A DNA stretch of 64,000 nucleotides from Octopus sinensis (Eukaryota), in assembly GCF_006345805.1 (NCBI RefSeq), contig NC_042998.1, positions 200,942,001 to 201,006,000 on the forward strand, given 5' to 3'. Numbering within the stretch: position 1 is the first letter of the stretch; every line of letters starts with the position of its first letter. Position numbers and translations under genes: made by a program. The notes below the pieces were generated by a model. That model saw only the letters and a list, made by a program, of their open reading frames with translations, did no database searches and was not told the DNA's origin. Positions 42,813 to 56,700 of the stretch are shown here, piece after piece.

Positions 42813-42821
42813 ATTATAATT

Positions 42822-42865
<44 letters not shown>

Positions 42866-42879
42866 AATGTGTGTGTAGT

Positions 42880-43062
42880 GTTAGCTACTACACACATTTT
42901 TTCTCTCCTTTTTTCTCTCCTTGTTTTTTCTGTGTCCCTTTCTGTAGAAGAGCGTAGGCTCGAAACGTAAAAGACTTTTTCTTTTCCTGAGCTTTATACT
43001 AATACATCTGTTTGCTTTGTACACCTCCTGTCTTCGTCTTTTTTTTTTGTAAACTCTCCCTA
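42880..43062 (+). mobile_element. Repeat family C with minimal HHR-like core
   Basis: cttt-ctgtaga-a-gagc(gtag)gctc-gaaac-gta-aaag at about 42938-42973. Confidence 0.75.
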
Positions 43063-43068
43063 TATATA

Positions 43069-43935
43069 CAGGGTGCTTAGACAGTAACTAGTCATTAGAA
43101 AGTGCTTATACAATTTTTAGTATCACTGAAGTCATGACGAAAACATTTTTTCAAAGACAACTCTAATGGGGATTTTAATTTTTTATTTTTGTCTTATTTC
43201 TTATTTCGTAATTTCCTGATGGCCGGTTGCTTCACTGTTCAGGAGCAAACTAAGATAGTAGCACGCTATGAAGTGTAGAATTCCATTGTTTTGATTCAGC
43301 GATGGTGGCGTTCATGGAAAAGTAATCACGTGACACTACGTTCCGAAACAATGAAAAGTTGTCGTGCAAACCTGGCGACTACAGGCCCTGTGAACGGTGC
43401 AAGAAGTAGCCGTCCAGCTACATCCCGGAAAAGGTGGCAACAGTGCAGAAAATGTTTAATCGCAGCCGGCAAAAATCAACACCACAAGCAGATCATGAAA
43501 GTTGACTAACAAGACACAATACGTACGGTGACGGTGTAGCAGAAAGAATTGAAATTTCGTTCGTGGAAAAACGTGTGGGGGCTAATACCTGAAGATTGTG
43601 ACCGCAGAAGTCCAGAAGCCCAGAACACCCAGAAGTCCAGAACTCATTCATATGACTTTTACCTGTGATGTTACACAAAGGAAGGAAGTGTGCAGTACAA
43701 CTCTCGCATACTGGAGGACTTGGAGACATGGATTCAAGAGATTCTCAATGACATCCCAGACGACGTCCTTCAGATGCTTGTTCATGCCATCCCCGGCCGT
43801 CTGGGGAAATTTGTTGACGCCACGGTGCTGACATCGAAATTTGCACATTTAATATTTTCCGATTTAATAAAGAAAATGTGTCATTTGTTTCAATCAATTT
43901 GTAAAAGGAATATGGGTTTTATAACCAATCTTTAA
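43069..43935 (+). mobile_element. Tc1/mariner-superfamily transposon remnant
   Basis: Starts ta|cagggtg. SIVLIQRWW...TTGPVNGARSSRP (N-terminal HTH region), PRSPEL (WPPRSPDL-like) and LEDLETWIQEILNDIPDDVLQ. The DDE core is deleted and I did not find the right TIR. Confidence 0.7.
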
Positions 43936-44129
43936 TGCCTATTTACTCTTCACACACTCTGTGTATAGAAATATATATATGTGGTTGTGTATGTGTGAGT
44001 GTGCGTGTGCGAGTGTAGGTGTGTTTGTGTGGGTGTCCGTGCGTGTGTGAGTGTGTGTGTACTTGTGCATGCATGCGTGTGTGTGTGAATATATTATATA
44101 TATATATATATATATATCGCCATGTTAAT

Positions 44130-44315
44130 TCGCTAGCTTCTGCACGCATTTTTTTCTCTCCGTGTTTCTTTTCTGCGTATCTTTCCGTTGAAGAGCGTAG
44201 GCTCGAAACGTAAAAGACTTGTTTTATTTATATTCCTGAGCGCCATACTAATACAATTGTTTGTTTGTATTCCACCTGCCTTCGTCTTTTGTTTATTTTC
44301 ATAAAGCTTCCCGTT
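44130..44315 (+). mobile_element. Repeat family C with minimal HHR-like core
   Basis: tcttt-ccgttga-a-gagc(gtag)gctc-gaaac-gta-aaaga at about 44180-44217, flanked by (TA)n. Confidence 0.75.
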
Positions 44316-44758
44316 ATATATATATATATATACACGCACACACATACAGGACAGAGCGACAGAAATGGTATAAAGATATTACAAAATATATACACAGTCA
44401 CAGCAATTTCAGTTGAAAACACTTTGGAACCTTATTACATTCTAATAATTCGAGGTGGGACCGATTTGTGTGAATAAATAAAACAGGCTGTAAGTGGTCT
44501 AACCGAGCAATATATTTAGGACAAAGTCAGATAAGCAGGGACTTCATATATTGGAATGTTTTAGTTGTGCTCAACAGCTCTCCCTCATTTGGACAATCAT
44601 CAATAAGTTCATAATTCTTAAATCAAATCAAATTATTTTTAAAGCGGTGTTTGCCCAATTCATGAGGCGTATCATGTGCTGCATTAATGAAAAAACGTAG
44701 TGGGTGCGTGTGTGTGCGCTTGTGTGTATAAGGTTATGTATTTTGGTTTCAAATATCT

Positions 44759-45157
44759 TCTTTATATATAAAAGTGAAGTTGTGTGTCTGTCTCCTACGA
44801 TTTAGATTCCTAACTACTCCCACATTTTGTGGTGCAGTTTAACCAAAACCGGGTATCTTATAGTCGTGATTCATATCGAGCCCTTCTGGGTATTAGCGCG
44901 CGTCTACGATGAGTCTACGATTAAAAAAAGATATTACCATCATTCTTTTCATTTTAATGCATTTTTTCGCTATTATATAAGGGAAGTAACTCTCTAAAAA
45001 TGTCTACGATGAGTCAACGATTTAAAAAAAAAATTACCATCATTTTTTTTCCCATTTTTAATGCATTTTTTTGCTATTTTTTTTACTATAACTCTCTAAA
45101 AATGCTTATATAGTTATTTCCCTTATAAACCCGAGCAACGCCGGGCAATACTGCTAG
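44759..45157 (+). mobile_element. Non-autonomous Helitron
   Basis: 5' tc(t)ttatatataaaag, and a 3' hairpin cccgagcaacgccggg followed by ctag|t. Internal ~80-bp duplication. Confidence 0.8.
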
Positions 45158-46998
45158 TTGATTATACAAATGGAGCATTCTTTTTAGTCCATTGCACAAG
45201 TATAATGTGACTATTCATTACCTTGCTGTATATTCAGGAATCGGTCGAGAAAGCATATCCAGGTAAATTTATGAGAGAGGTCCATAATCCAAACTCTTAC
45301 GAATTTCGGTTTAAGGCACCGAGGCCGGGGTATTATTTAAATGTCTCAGTGAAATGCTTTTCTTCCAATTCTTGATTCAGAAATATAGAAGTAATGAAGA
45401 GCACAAACAGATATAAACCATATTTTCAAGATAATTATTAACGACGGAAGCCGTATTAATACCAAGAGACAAACTTTATATGTAACTGACTTAGACATTT
45501 TGTTAGAACGCTGAATATAGTAATATTTGCCTTGAGAGGTATCGATGGATGGTGAATAAATGCACACATACTTATATCGCCTGTTATTGGCACCGGAAAT
45601 GCGAGATTTTGAAGTATCACGTCAACACAATAACAGGCGCCAGGTAGCCACGTACCAGGCGGATCTTACAGCCAGCGATATATAGAACTTCAATAATTTT
45701 TCAGGCACTAATGTTGTAAAAAGGCATCAGTTTTATTAAATAAATAATTATCAGCAACAGAAACACCATTAATATCTAAAAGCAATCTTTATATCCAACT
45801 TAAATATGTGGGCTTTTCTGTATAATGCGTCCAGATGAGGGGAGGTTTTCTCGGGGTCAAAAATGTAGTATTCAGCGTTCTTACAGAACATTCACATTAT
45901 GTTGGTTACAAAGATTGCTTTTATGTATTAATTCTGATTCTGACGCTAATAATTAATTTTTAATAAACCTGTTGGCTATTTGCAACACCAGTGCCTGAAA
46001 AATCGATGAAATTCGAAATACCTTTGGCAGTGAGATGCAGCTGGTGTGCGGCTGCTGGACGTCTGCCACTAAGGAGACATGGTACGCTGAAATATTTTTA
46101 TCTGGCAGCTCTAGCACCCGTATCAAACGTTTGTCGGCTGCCAAAGATTTAAATATGTATGCTTTTATGGAACATGCGTCAAACGGCAGGTCCTCACAAG
46201 GTAAATTTGGCAGTATTCGGCATGTTAACAAAACATTCATGTTTAATCGGATATAAAGCTTTCCTAGAAATTTCTATTTTGCCCTCACGCCCTATCGGAG
46301 CAAAATGTATTCTCGGAGATATTCCTTCGGAGACCGCTCCAAAGTTAACGGTTCTTTTACTTCTGGATTTAGTTCTAAGCATCATCTGTCTTGAAATCCT
46401 ACATGTTATTTGCATTCGACTGGATTCTCGTCTTTATAATAGGTGTTTTTTATAAGCAGGGGTTAATTGAATGAAAGATAAATCACATCTTAGACATCAT
46501 TAATGTTAGTGTTTGGATCAGTCCCTCGCTGTGTTGACAAAGGGAACTAGTCTAGAAATTTCCGAAGTTGTCGGGGTTGCGGTGTAGAGAGACCAAAATA
46601 CAAACGATTTGTCTAGGGCTTAAATAATTTAATGACCATATATTTCATTACTAATGTGGATACTTCTGATATTCAAAACAGTTCGAGTAATCAAACCCAA
46701 TTGTTATTCAGATATAGAGGCATCAAACAACATTTCATATATATATAACGTTAGAAGTCAACGGGCAGAGTAAAGTGTATGATATTAATCGAAAAAAAAA
46801 TCTCACATTATACACGTCATCATGACCGAGATATTGTATTCACCTGAGATATTGGGTAAATTTCTCAATATTGAATTAATTAAATGCAAATACAATTTAT
46901 TTCGTTTCATAATTGATTTCAGAACAGACAGATTAGAAAATAGTCGATAGTTGACGTGTAATATGTATGTGGGTCTCTCTCTCTCTCTCTATCTCTCC

Positions 46999-47063
<65 letters not shown>

Positions 47064-48115
47064 TAGGTTCATATTATCTATGTATATAATAAGACAAATA
47101 TATAATATATATATAAATAAATATATATATACATATATATTATATATATATATATAAATATTATATATATATAATATACTAATATTTATACATATATAAA
47201 TATATTATATATATATATATATAATAGAGTCACACGCACAAAGACACTCTCACACACAGTGTTGAAAACATCTAACACATCCATACGCTTTTGTGGATGT
47301 CTATACGAACAATCATGGGCATATATGTGTGAGAGCATATATGATAAACGGCACGCAGTAGAGCTCTCATTAACAAATGTAACAAATTATACGTTAGAAA
47401 ATTACCACATACATGATGTAACACAAACATATTCTCTTGTGATAGCTATAATCCCTTTGCACCTTTATACTGAGCATTCACAGAAAAGAAGTGCCATTAA
47501 TTGGATACGTGGTTGTGTTTTCAAATAATCGAAAACAGTGAAAACTATGTATCACTTTATTAATGTATTGATTTCACAACATAAACAGAAACGAACGTGT
47601 TTAAATATTTAAATATATTTATAAGTAACACTGCAAGCCAACAATAGAACATCAAAGTAGTTGCTAGGCTTGCTAGATTTAGGATCCACGTTTACCTCAT
47701 ATAAGACTTGTTGGATGAAGTAGGCTTTTATATTTATAAAAGTTAGTATGAGTTGAGGATATCTTAAAATATTAAACGTTTTATATCGTAGGATATGAAG
47801 TTATCCAGGGGGGTTTACTAAAAATATCAGGATGTTTGCACATACACACACATACACACACACATACACACGCACACATAACACATACAACCAATCTCTA
47901 TATATATACAATGTATACCCACACCCATACAAAACTATATATATAATATATATATAATTAGAGTACTAATTGGCCTAGCATATTTTAAAAAAATCCGAAG
48001 ATTAAAATTTTTTTTACCTACAAAATTTAGAGGACTGACCACTAAAAGTGGACAGCCTGTATACTAGATAAAACGTCAAAATCGGCAGTTTCCACTAAGA
48101 ATTTATATATATATA

Positions 48116-48146
<31 letters not shown>

Positions 48147-48160
48147 AATATAATATAACA

Positions 48161-48227
<67 letters not shown>

Positions 48228-48245
48228 CATATAAGTATATGTATA

Positions 48246-48290
<45 letters not shown>

Positions 48291-48390
48291 NNNNNNNNNN
48301 NNNNNNNNNNNNNNNNNNNNNNNNNNNNNNNNNNNNNNNNNNNNNNNNNNNNNNNNNNNNNNNNNNNNNNNNNNNNNNNNNNNNNNNNNN
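48291..48390. other. Assembly gap (100 N)
   Basis: Run of N next to a (TA)n tract. Confidence 1.
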
Positions 48391-48399
48391 CTGCTGCTT

Positions 48400-48850
48400 A
48401 GGATAGTGATTGTGACGATGTTGGTGGTGGTGGTGGTGGTGGCGATTGCGATAATGGTGCTGGTAGTGGTGGTGATGGTGGTGTTGGTGTCGGCGCGGCG
48501 ATTGTCGTGATGGTGGTGTGGACTTAGATCTGATGATGATGATGATGATGATATAGAGAAATTGGGGGGAGACGTCCGACGACGTGAAAGAGGGCATGGA
48601 AGAAAGAAAGAAGGAGAAAAGAGGAAAAGAGAAAGTAGTAGAAGAAAAAAAGAAAAAGAAAAAGAAGAAGTAGAAGAAAAAAAAAGATGAGGAAGAAGAA
48701 GAAGAAGAAGAAGAAGATGGAAGGAGAAAAAGAAGAAGAGAAAGAAGAAGGAGAAGAAGGAGAAGAAGAACAACAACAACAAAAGAAGAAGGAGAAGAAG
48801 GATAAGAAAAAGAAGAAGAAGGAGAGGAAAAAGAGGAAGAAGTAGTGATA

Positions 48851-48889
<39 letters not shown>

Positions 48890-49116
48890 GCTGATGGAGA
48901 CTGGGATGGTAATGATGATCATTGCGCTGGTGACATTCATAAATTATTCATTCACCAGCAGCCAACAAAAAATACAAATCATTTGCGGGTGATAGGCAAT
49001 GATCGATATTGTATACAAATGTAAATAAATAAACAAATAACCAAATGTGTTTGTGTGTGCGTTTAGTGAAAGATTGATAGATAGATAGACAAGTAGATAG
49101 ATAGATAGATAGATAG

Positions 49117-49152
<36 letters not shown>

Positions 49153-49398
49153 AGATAGATAGATAGAAGATAGATAGTAGATAGATATATAGATAGATAG
49201 ATAGATATATAGATAGTTTTTTTATTAGCCACAGGGCTGCACACAGATAGTACAATTACAAGGTAGAGCTTTTCTTTTGAAGGTTTAAAAAAAAAAAAAA
49301 AAAAAAAAAAAATAGATAGATAGATACAGATGGATAGATAGATGGAGAGATAGATGGAGAGATAAATCGATAGATAGATGGAGAGATAAATCGACAGT

Positions 49399-49474
<76 letters not shown>

Positions 49475-49532
49475 GATGGATAGATAGATGGAGAGATAAA
49501 TCGATAGATAGATGGAGAGATAAATCGATAGT

Positions 49533-49589
<57 letters not shown>

Positions 49590-49669
49590 GATAGATAGAT
49601 AGATAGATAGATAGACAGACAGATAGATAGATGAACAGACAGATAGATAGATAGATGAGATAGATATAG

Positions 49670-49748
<79 letters not shown>

Positions 49749-49750
49749 TC
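48400..49750. repeat. Compound simple-repeat field: (GGT)n, (GAA)n, (TAG)n, (GATA)n
   Basis: Read directly. Confidence 0.9.
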
Positions 49751-49849
49751 AGTCGATCAACACAAACATCCACAGTCGCACATAAGCTCAAGAAAACGTA
49801 ACACATACATAAGTAATTGTAAGATTTGTAAGAGACACACTGGTTGGGC

Positions 49850-50381
49850 CAGAGTTCAAATAAATCGATTCCACTACTTAACTGATTATGATCTGATCGA
49901 CGCCAGAAGGATAAAAGTTACTATAGACCGCGCTAGGATATAATTCTTTCAACTATAGGCACTAGGCAAGCAATTTCGTAAAACCAGAATTGCTGATAGG
50001 CAGTTCGTCCGACGAGGTAACGATTCTGCAAGATCGCGCCTTAATTATAGTAATAATAATAATGGTTTCAAATTTTGCTACAAGGGCAGTAATTTTTTGG
50101 GGGGGAGTGGGGGTCAGTTATATCGAACTTAGCACTTGACTGGTGCTTAATTTATCGGCTCCGAATGGATGAAAGGCAGAGTCGACCTCCGCGGAATTTG
50201 AACTCAGAACGTAGCGGCAGACGAAATACCGCCAGGCATTACGTCCAGCGTGCTAACGTTTCTGCCAGCTTGCATCAATAATAATAAATAATAATAATAA
50301 TAATACTAATAATAAAATAATGATGATGATGATGATAATAATAATAATATAATAATACTAATAATAATATATAAATAATAA

Positions 50382-50480
<99 letters not shown>

Positions 50481-50950
50481 TTAATGGTTTCAAATTTGGT
50501 AGGAGGCGGGCAATTTTGGGGAAGAGGGTGATTACATCGGTCCAATTGATCAACTGGTGTTTATTTAATTGACCCAGAAACACTGAAAGCCAAAGTCGAC
50601 TTCGGCGGAATTTGAACTCAGAACGTGAGGACGGCCGAAATGTGGCTAAGCATTTTGCTCGGTACGGCAACGATTCTGCCTGCACGGCGCCATAAAAATA
50701 GCAATAATCATCATTTCTACTCTAGGCACAAGGCCTGAAATTTGTGGGGAGAGGACTAGTCGACTACATCTGCACCAGTGTTTTACTGGTACTTAATATA
50801 CGACCTCGAAAGGGTGAAAAGCAAAGACGACTTCGGTGGCATTTGAACTCACAAAGTAAAGATGGACAAAATGCTGCTAAACATTTCGCCCGATACTTAT
50901 TTTATCCCTGGTACTTAATTTATTGTCTCCGAAAGAATGAAAGGCGAAGA
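49850..50950 (-). mobile_element. Cluster of at least 4 co-oriented SINE family B variants interleaved with (TAA)n
   Basis: gtcgacctcggcggaatttgaactcagaacg-like cores at about 50180, 50595 and 50825, and a decayed one at about 49920. Tails differ from the 27461 copies. Confidence 0.8.
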
Positions 50951-50954
50951 TCCA

Positions 50955-52490
50955 TTCAGGCCTAACCAGAGAGCCTCACAATTTTTGGTCACTCCGACCG
51001 CCAAGGGCACTTCAGACAGGCACCTCATTCTTTGTCAACCTCTCCGGCTTGCAAGCATATTTGCAGAGTAGGCCTGTTCATACCGGCTATCCTCGCCACA
51101 AACACAACCTTTCAACAGAAATACGGTAGGGGCAGTATTCCCTCTCCACTCTGATTTTCTTTGAAGAAGAGCTCAGCCGAAGAGGATAGACATCTTCAGC
51201 CCTTTGAACCTAGTCCACAACACTACAACCTTCGCTATAGCCACCAGCCAGAGTCAAAACTGCATTCTCTTCCTGATTGATGTTGCCCGACGTCCAGTTG
51301 TTTCCACGAGAACGTCGTTGCTCTTGCTCACCACTAATCTTCTATAGAACTTCCACCAACTGTTGTGGGTGCCTGTTATTTTCTTTTCTACTGTTTAAAG
51401 TTGTGGTGGTGCATCTGCAGCTGCTGCTGCTAGCGTTGTTGGTGTTGCCAGCGTTGCTGTTCTTGTAGTAGTTGCTAATTTTGTTGTTCTTGTTGATGTT
51501 GCCACTGTTGAGGTAGCTTTTGCTGCTTTTGTTGTTGTTCTCTGATGTTTTTTGTTGTTGTGGCTGTTGTGGTTATCTGTCTTCTATTGAGGGCACAAAG
51601 CTCTCAAGTGTCTAGTGTCCCAGTACAGGTAGAATCAAAGCCTTCTACACGCATCCATAACATTCAGTTCTCCCCTTTCCGGAAGGTCAATTATGTCTGG
51701 AATCTCGTAGATCGCGTCTGATTTGATGTGGAGTAGCACCCCCACACTAATCCCAAATAAATTTTCAATACGGGTTAATTTTATCTCCAAGAGGTACACC
51801 ATTCAAAGACATTGAAAGCTAAACTCTGCCATAAATTCACCTCAAGTGGAATTCCTGCGACATTCTCGCGCAACGTCTTCCTCCCTAAATATGATGGATA
51901 GAAAACATACTTTTCGATTCGAAAAGGAACCATAGAGTGCGTGAAGAGCACTGAAATGCGTGCAAATTACTTGTTAGATATTTTTTCCTTTGAGTGCTCC
52001 TTCCACATCTGTCTCACTAACTGTCTCCGACCTTTTCGTGTTCATAGAAACACCTATTTTATAACCCAAGGGCTTGAATAGATAATACCTCTTCGCTACC
52101 TCTCAAAATTCAACCACAATTCAACAAATCTCTCCTTTTCCAAACGGAAAGCCAACGTAGTCTTGGCGGATGAGGAAAGTGTCTATCTTCATTCCCTTCA
52201 CTCAGGGAATGAACATAATACCATCTCCGCAACTGCTCCTACTGCTTTCGTGGCTTTTATTGAAGTTTTCGTTGCACTTGTTAAGCTACTGTTGTTTGAT
52301 GCTCTCGAAATAATGCAATTATTTGGTTTTTCAGCAATGAACACTTGAAATTCTTTCTCCTCAATTTTCATGTGTTATATTTGTAAAACGCAAAATACGC
52401 TTTTTAATGCATGTTTGCAGAAATTTCTATCAATTTCGGGCAACAACGGCTCAAGAAACCAGAAGGCAAGACACTCCCAAGTGCTGCTGT
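50955..52490 (-). mobile_element. Decayed LINE ORF1 (gag-like) with 5' UTR
   Basis: Stop-interrupted frame from ATG 52371: ...YPSYLGRK...IPDIIDLP..ELNVM..RR.*FYLYWDTRHLRALCP. The latter has CX2CX4HX4C spacing, and both missing Cys codons are one base from TGC. A T/A-rich low-complexity linker follows. Clade not determined. Confidence 0.5.
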
Positions 52491-52802
52491 TGACTTATAT
52501 ATACTTCCTCAACGGTGGTTAGATGCAGAAAAAATAATTAGAATATGTTAACAATCGAATACTCTAAACATCGAAGCAAAACTCCAAAACACCACAGTTT
52601 AACCCAGCACATCACAACTATGCCTCTTTTAACGCCTATCACTCGTCTCTAAAGATGTCCTCTTTGTAAGGACTTCCGCTTTGTTTAAACTGAGAAATTC
52701 TCATTTGTAGAGCGTTTTGTAGTGTCATTTTACTAGCAACCTATCAACCTTTTCTTTTCGATATAAATTATACCCATCAATTCCTCAAATCTCACATTAT
52801 TA

Positions 52803-52878
<76 letters not shown>

Positions 52879-54484
52879 TTGCCTTTTTATTGTTTATTTT
52901 CCTCTACCAATCGGTTTCACACAATTTTCCAATCTAATTTTGGATGCCACCAGACACAAAGTGACAGAGTCTAATTATTGCTCGTAGCTTTTGACCGTCT
53001 TTGGGACGAAAGGGAGACCTTTCGGTTTTTCACTACTTTAACTGATTAAAACCCTTTTTTTAGCTGATGATATTCATGTTAAGATGATTCTCTGTATTCT
53101 TGGCGCCACTCAGTTTATTCTTGAAGGTGTCACTCGTTACACTATCGGAAAACGAGAGCTATATCCATGACATTGAACTCAGTAACTTATAATGGTTGCT
53201 GCATCCGCCACATGTTCACGATGTAACCACTTAGTGGAAGACAGGTGAGGAGAATCCAATAGTTGTCAGTAGTGGTGTAGCTATCCGTACAACCCGGGCT
53301 CGTTTTAGAATGTAGTGCAGCACATAACGTGTCTCCTAGTCCTATCTTCCGATTTAATTTTCCTGACAAATTTTTATAATATACTTAAAAAATTTCACCA
53401 CTTGAAATGTGAAAGTCTTGCTCCCTTTAAAACCAGCTTCGAGGGCATATGGGATCTTTCAAGCCTACTGGCAACACAGTGAAAACAATAACGTTGTACT
53501 AGCTCTCTTTTGATAAGTTTCCTAATCATGAATACACCTCCACAACCTCTCCGTTTCTCAGAGCTGATTCATACTCGAAGATTTCTTATGATGTACATCG
53601 ATCGTAACGTATGAAATGGTTTTATTGGCGTTTTCGTTGCTATTTGTACTACATACATTGTTTCTTTGTCATTAAAATTAATGCTTTCAAAACTATTCTT
53701 GTTTCGTGTTTTCCATTATACAGAACTTAAGTGTTTATACTTGAAGATCTGTTTGTGTATTTACTATTCACATTATCTGTCTATTTTGAGTGTATTTTCG
53801 AGTTTTAAAATAAATAGGAGTATGTTTGTTTAAGTTTATTCTGCTGTTATTACAAGTGTTTTCATCAGTGTATTTTGCCGCTACTTGTAGGGACATTTTG
53901 AGTTAAGAATAGTAATAAGAATCGGTACTGTACAAACATATATATATATACACGGTTGACTAGAATTATTACACGAAGTATATTATTTCGACAACATTAC
54001 CCAATTTCGTCTTCAAAAACCCTTCCAGAAACCACTTTTTACTCTGAGCTCTGAAAGCATATTGGGGCATCGCCAAACAATAATAAGAAAACTTATTTAA
54101 CATAAACAACAAACAATTAATGTCAATTTAATTCATTCCTCACTCTCAGTCAACTCCTCTCTCTTTCTATCACCCAGTCTATTCCGCTCTCTCGCTCTCA
54201 TTTGCTTTATCTTAATCTCACTCATCTTGAAGTTAATGGCTTGGTCGATTGCATCAACCCCATTACTTTACTGTTTTTTGTTTGTTTTTTCTTATTATAT
54301 TGATCTCGAAAGATGAAAAGCAAGAGTTGACCTCATACGTATGTAAATTCAGAATGTAATGAATTAAAACTAACACCGCGAAGCAAAATGTTCGACACAC
54401 TGATAGCATTAATAATACTTGCTTTAAATAAAAGACTAGCAATTTTAAGCGGTGTCGGTCAGTCGATTCCATTTATGCTATTAC

Positions 54485-54955
54485 TCACTGGTATTTATTT
54501 TATCGACTTGAAAGGATGAAAGGTAAAGATGACCTCGGCGATATTTGAACTCAGACCTAAAGAACCGGAAGAAATACCGTTAAGCATTTAGACCAACGCG
54601 CTAACGAATCTCACGAATAGTAATCTTCATAATAATAATTTCTGTATTAGCCACAAACGCTCCAAGAGATTGTCGAGAATACTAAGATCAAGATGCGAAA
54701 TAATGGTGGAATAAATGATATATATTACTTTTTACTACCCATAAGGGGCTAAACATAGATGGGACAAGCAAGGAATGGCAAAGGGATTAAGTCCATTACA
54801 TCGACCACAGTGCGAAACTGGTACTTTATTTATCGATCCTGAAAGGATGAAACGTGAAGTCGACCTCGGCGGAATTTGAACTCAGAATGTGACGACAGAC
54901 GAAATACCGCAAAGCATTCCGCCTGAGGCGCTAACGTTTCTGCCAGCTCGCCGCC
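54485..54955 (-). mobile_element. SINE family B: a diverged partial copy (~54485-54607) and a full copy (~54727-54955)
   Basis: Family B head, core and tail, reverse complemented. Confidence 0.85.
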
Positions 54956-55275
54956 ATACTAAATTATATATATAATTAAAGAAGATATCGAAAATCGGAG
55001 ACCGTTCAAAATAGACGAGTTTAAAATTTCAGGTAAGTAGACGAAATCTACAGATCTATGGAGGTCTTGTCCACAAAAAGTTTGGTTTGTCACATAGCAA
55101 TCATGTACAGGCTTTATTTCTATTATTTACTGCATCGGTCCAATATGTTGGGGGCGGGGTGGTGTACCACGATGAGACACATACAAAAAGAACAAAGAAA
55201 CAATAGGATCGGAGTTACACCAAACAAGAAGAGGTGATCATCAATAACACTAAACAGAGTAAAATATATAATCAA

Positions 55276-55661
55276 TCTATATATATAAAGCGGAAGTTGT
55301 CTGTGTGTGTGTCAGGTTTGGTAGCCTACAACTAACACTATCTCCTCCGAGAAGTTGACAAACATTGAGAGTATGATAGAAGAAGGCTTGCTCTTCCTTC
55401 CGTAGAAGAAAAATTCAAATCAGACCATGTTAACACCAAAAAAATTATTTACATAAAAAAGGTGCTTTTTTTCTATGAAAATTCCTATTTTTTACGATTT
55501 TTGACTGCTGTGTCGCCATTTTTCGGCGTATATAAACTAGAAAAATGTTCACTTGAAGAGAATAACAAGCTACATAATGCAAACATTTTACATTTAAAAA
55601 ATTCCAATTCTAAAGAATCAAAAAGAACACAAACCCGAGCAACGCCGGGCGCTACTGCTAG
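55276..55661 (+). mobile_element. Non-autonomous Helitron
   Basis: a|TCtatatatataaag ... cccgagcaacgccggg-cgctactgCTAG|t: 5' TC, 3' hairpin plus CTAG, inserted between A and T. Confidence 0.85.
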
Positions 55662-56227
55662 TAATATATAAATCTACCAACGTAGTGAAAACAAAAACAA
55701 GATCTGGAAATGATCGCTACTATGGTAAATAAGTTACATGATCTGATTCACAATATTCCAGATACAAATCAGTATTATTCTGGCATATCAAAGACCATCG
55801 ACTTCTCGCAGTTCTTGCTGTCAGTTTGCTGTTTATAGTTAACAAGATCCCGTTCAGCCACAACAGATTTTTGGTCATGGAGAAGGCTCGAGTATTAGCG
55901 AACGGGACATTATGTTAAGCTGATTTACTATTCCTTTCACTAATGCTGGTTTCATCATCTCTAGAGGGACAATGATAATAAGTGAACAGTGACATGTTTG
56001 GAATTAGCATTCAAAGGATTTCTTTCTATTATAATTTCGACCATTGATGTTGATGCTGATTGTGATGTTGCTGATAATGTTGATAATGTTACAAGTGTTG
56101 TTGCTATTTATTTTGCTGATGGTTGCATTAAAAATGAGCACACTATATTGTTTGAAGTCAAGGCTGTTTTCACAACTTATGTGAACAAATACGTATATGC
56201 TGTGAGATATGACCGCCCCTTTCTCGA

Positions 56228-56597
56228 TGTCGTCGTCGTCGTCAACGTCGTCAACGTCGTCAACCCCTTCCTCCTCTTCGTCCACCACCAGGGCCACCAC
56301 TACCACTACCACAACCACCACCACCACCACCTACTACTAACATTACTACTATTACTGCTGCTGTTGCTACTACTACTGCTAGTCCTACTGCTGCTGCTGC
56401 TGATACTACTACTACTACTACTATTACTACTACTAATACTACTACTGTTGCTGCTACTACTACTACTGTTGCTACTACTACTACTACTGCTGCTGCTACT
56501 ACTACTGTTGCTGCTACTACTGCTACTGCTGCTGCTACTACTACTACTACTGCTGCTGATACTACTTCTACTACTACTACTACTACTACTACTGCCG

Positions 56598-56651
<54 letters not shown>

Positions 56652-56700
56652 ACTACTACTACTACAGTTGCTGTTGCTGCTGCTTTTGTGTCAGCTGTAA
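56228..56700. repeat. (CGT)/(CAC)/(CTA/CTG)n trinucleotide field
   Basis: Read directly. It gives poly-L/poly-S pseudo-ORFs. Confidence 0.9.

Noticed and set aside
45953-46455. Overlapping 73-98 aa ORFs and a possible exon at 46031-46200
   Set aside because: No recognisable protein motif on either strand, and the splice signals are only moderate. Kept only as a non-coding motif cluster.
48103-48782. ORFs spanning the N run
   Set aside because: They are artefacts of translating through an assembly gap and simple repeats.
53060-53160. CTGATGA as a hammerhead core
   Set aside because: No downstream GAAA-stem III-UH with a pairing stem I. Isolated heptamers here and near 27030 and 29940 are expected by chance.
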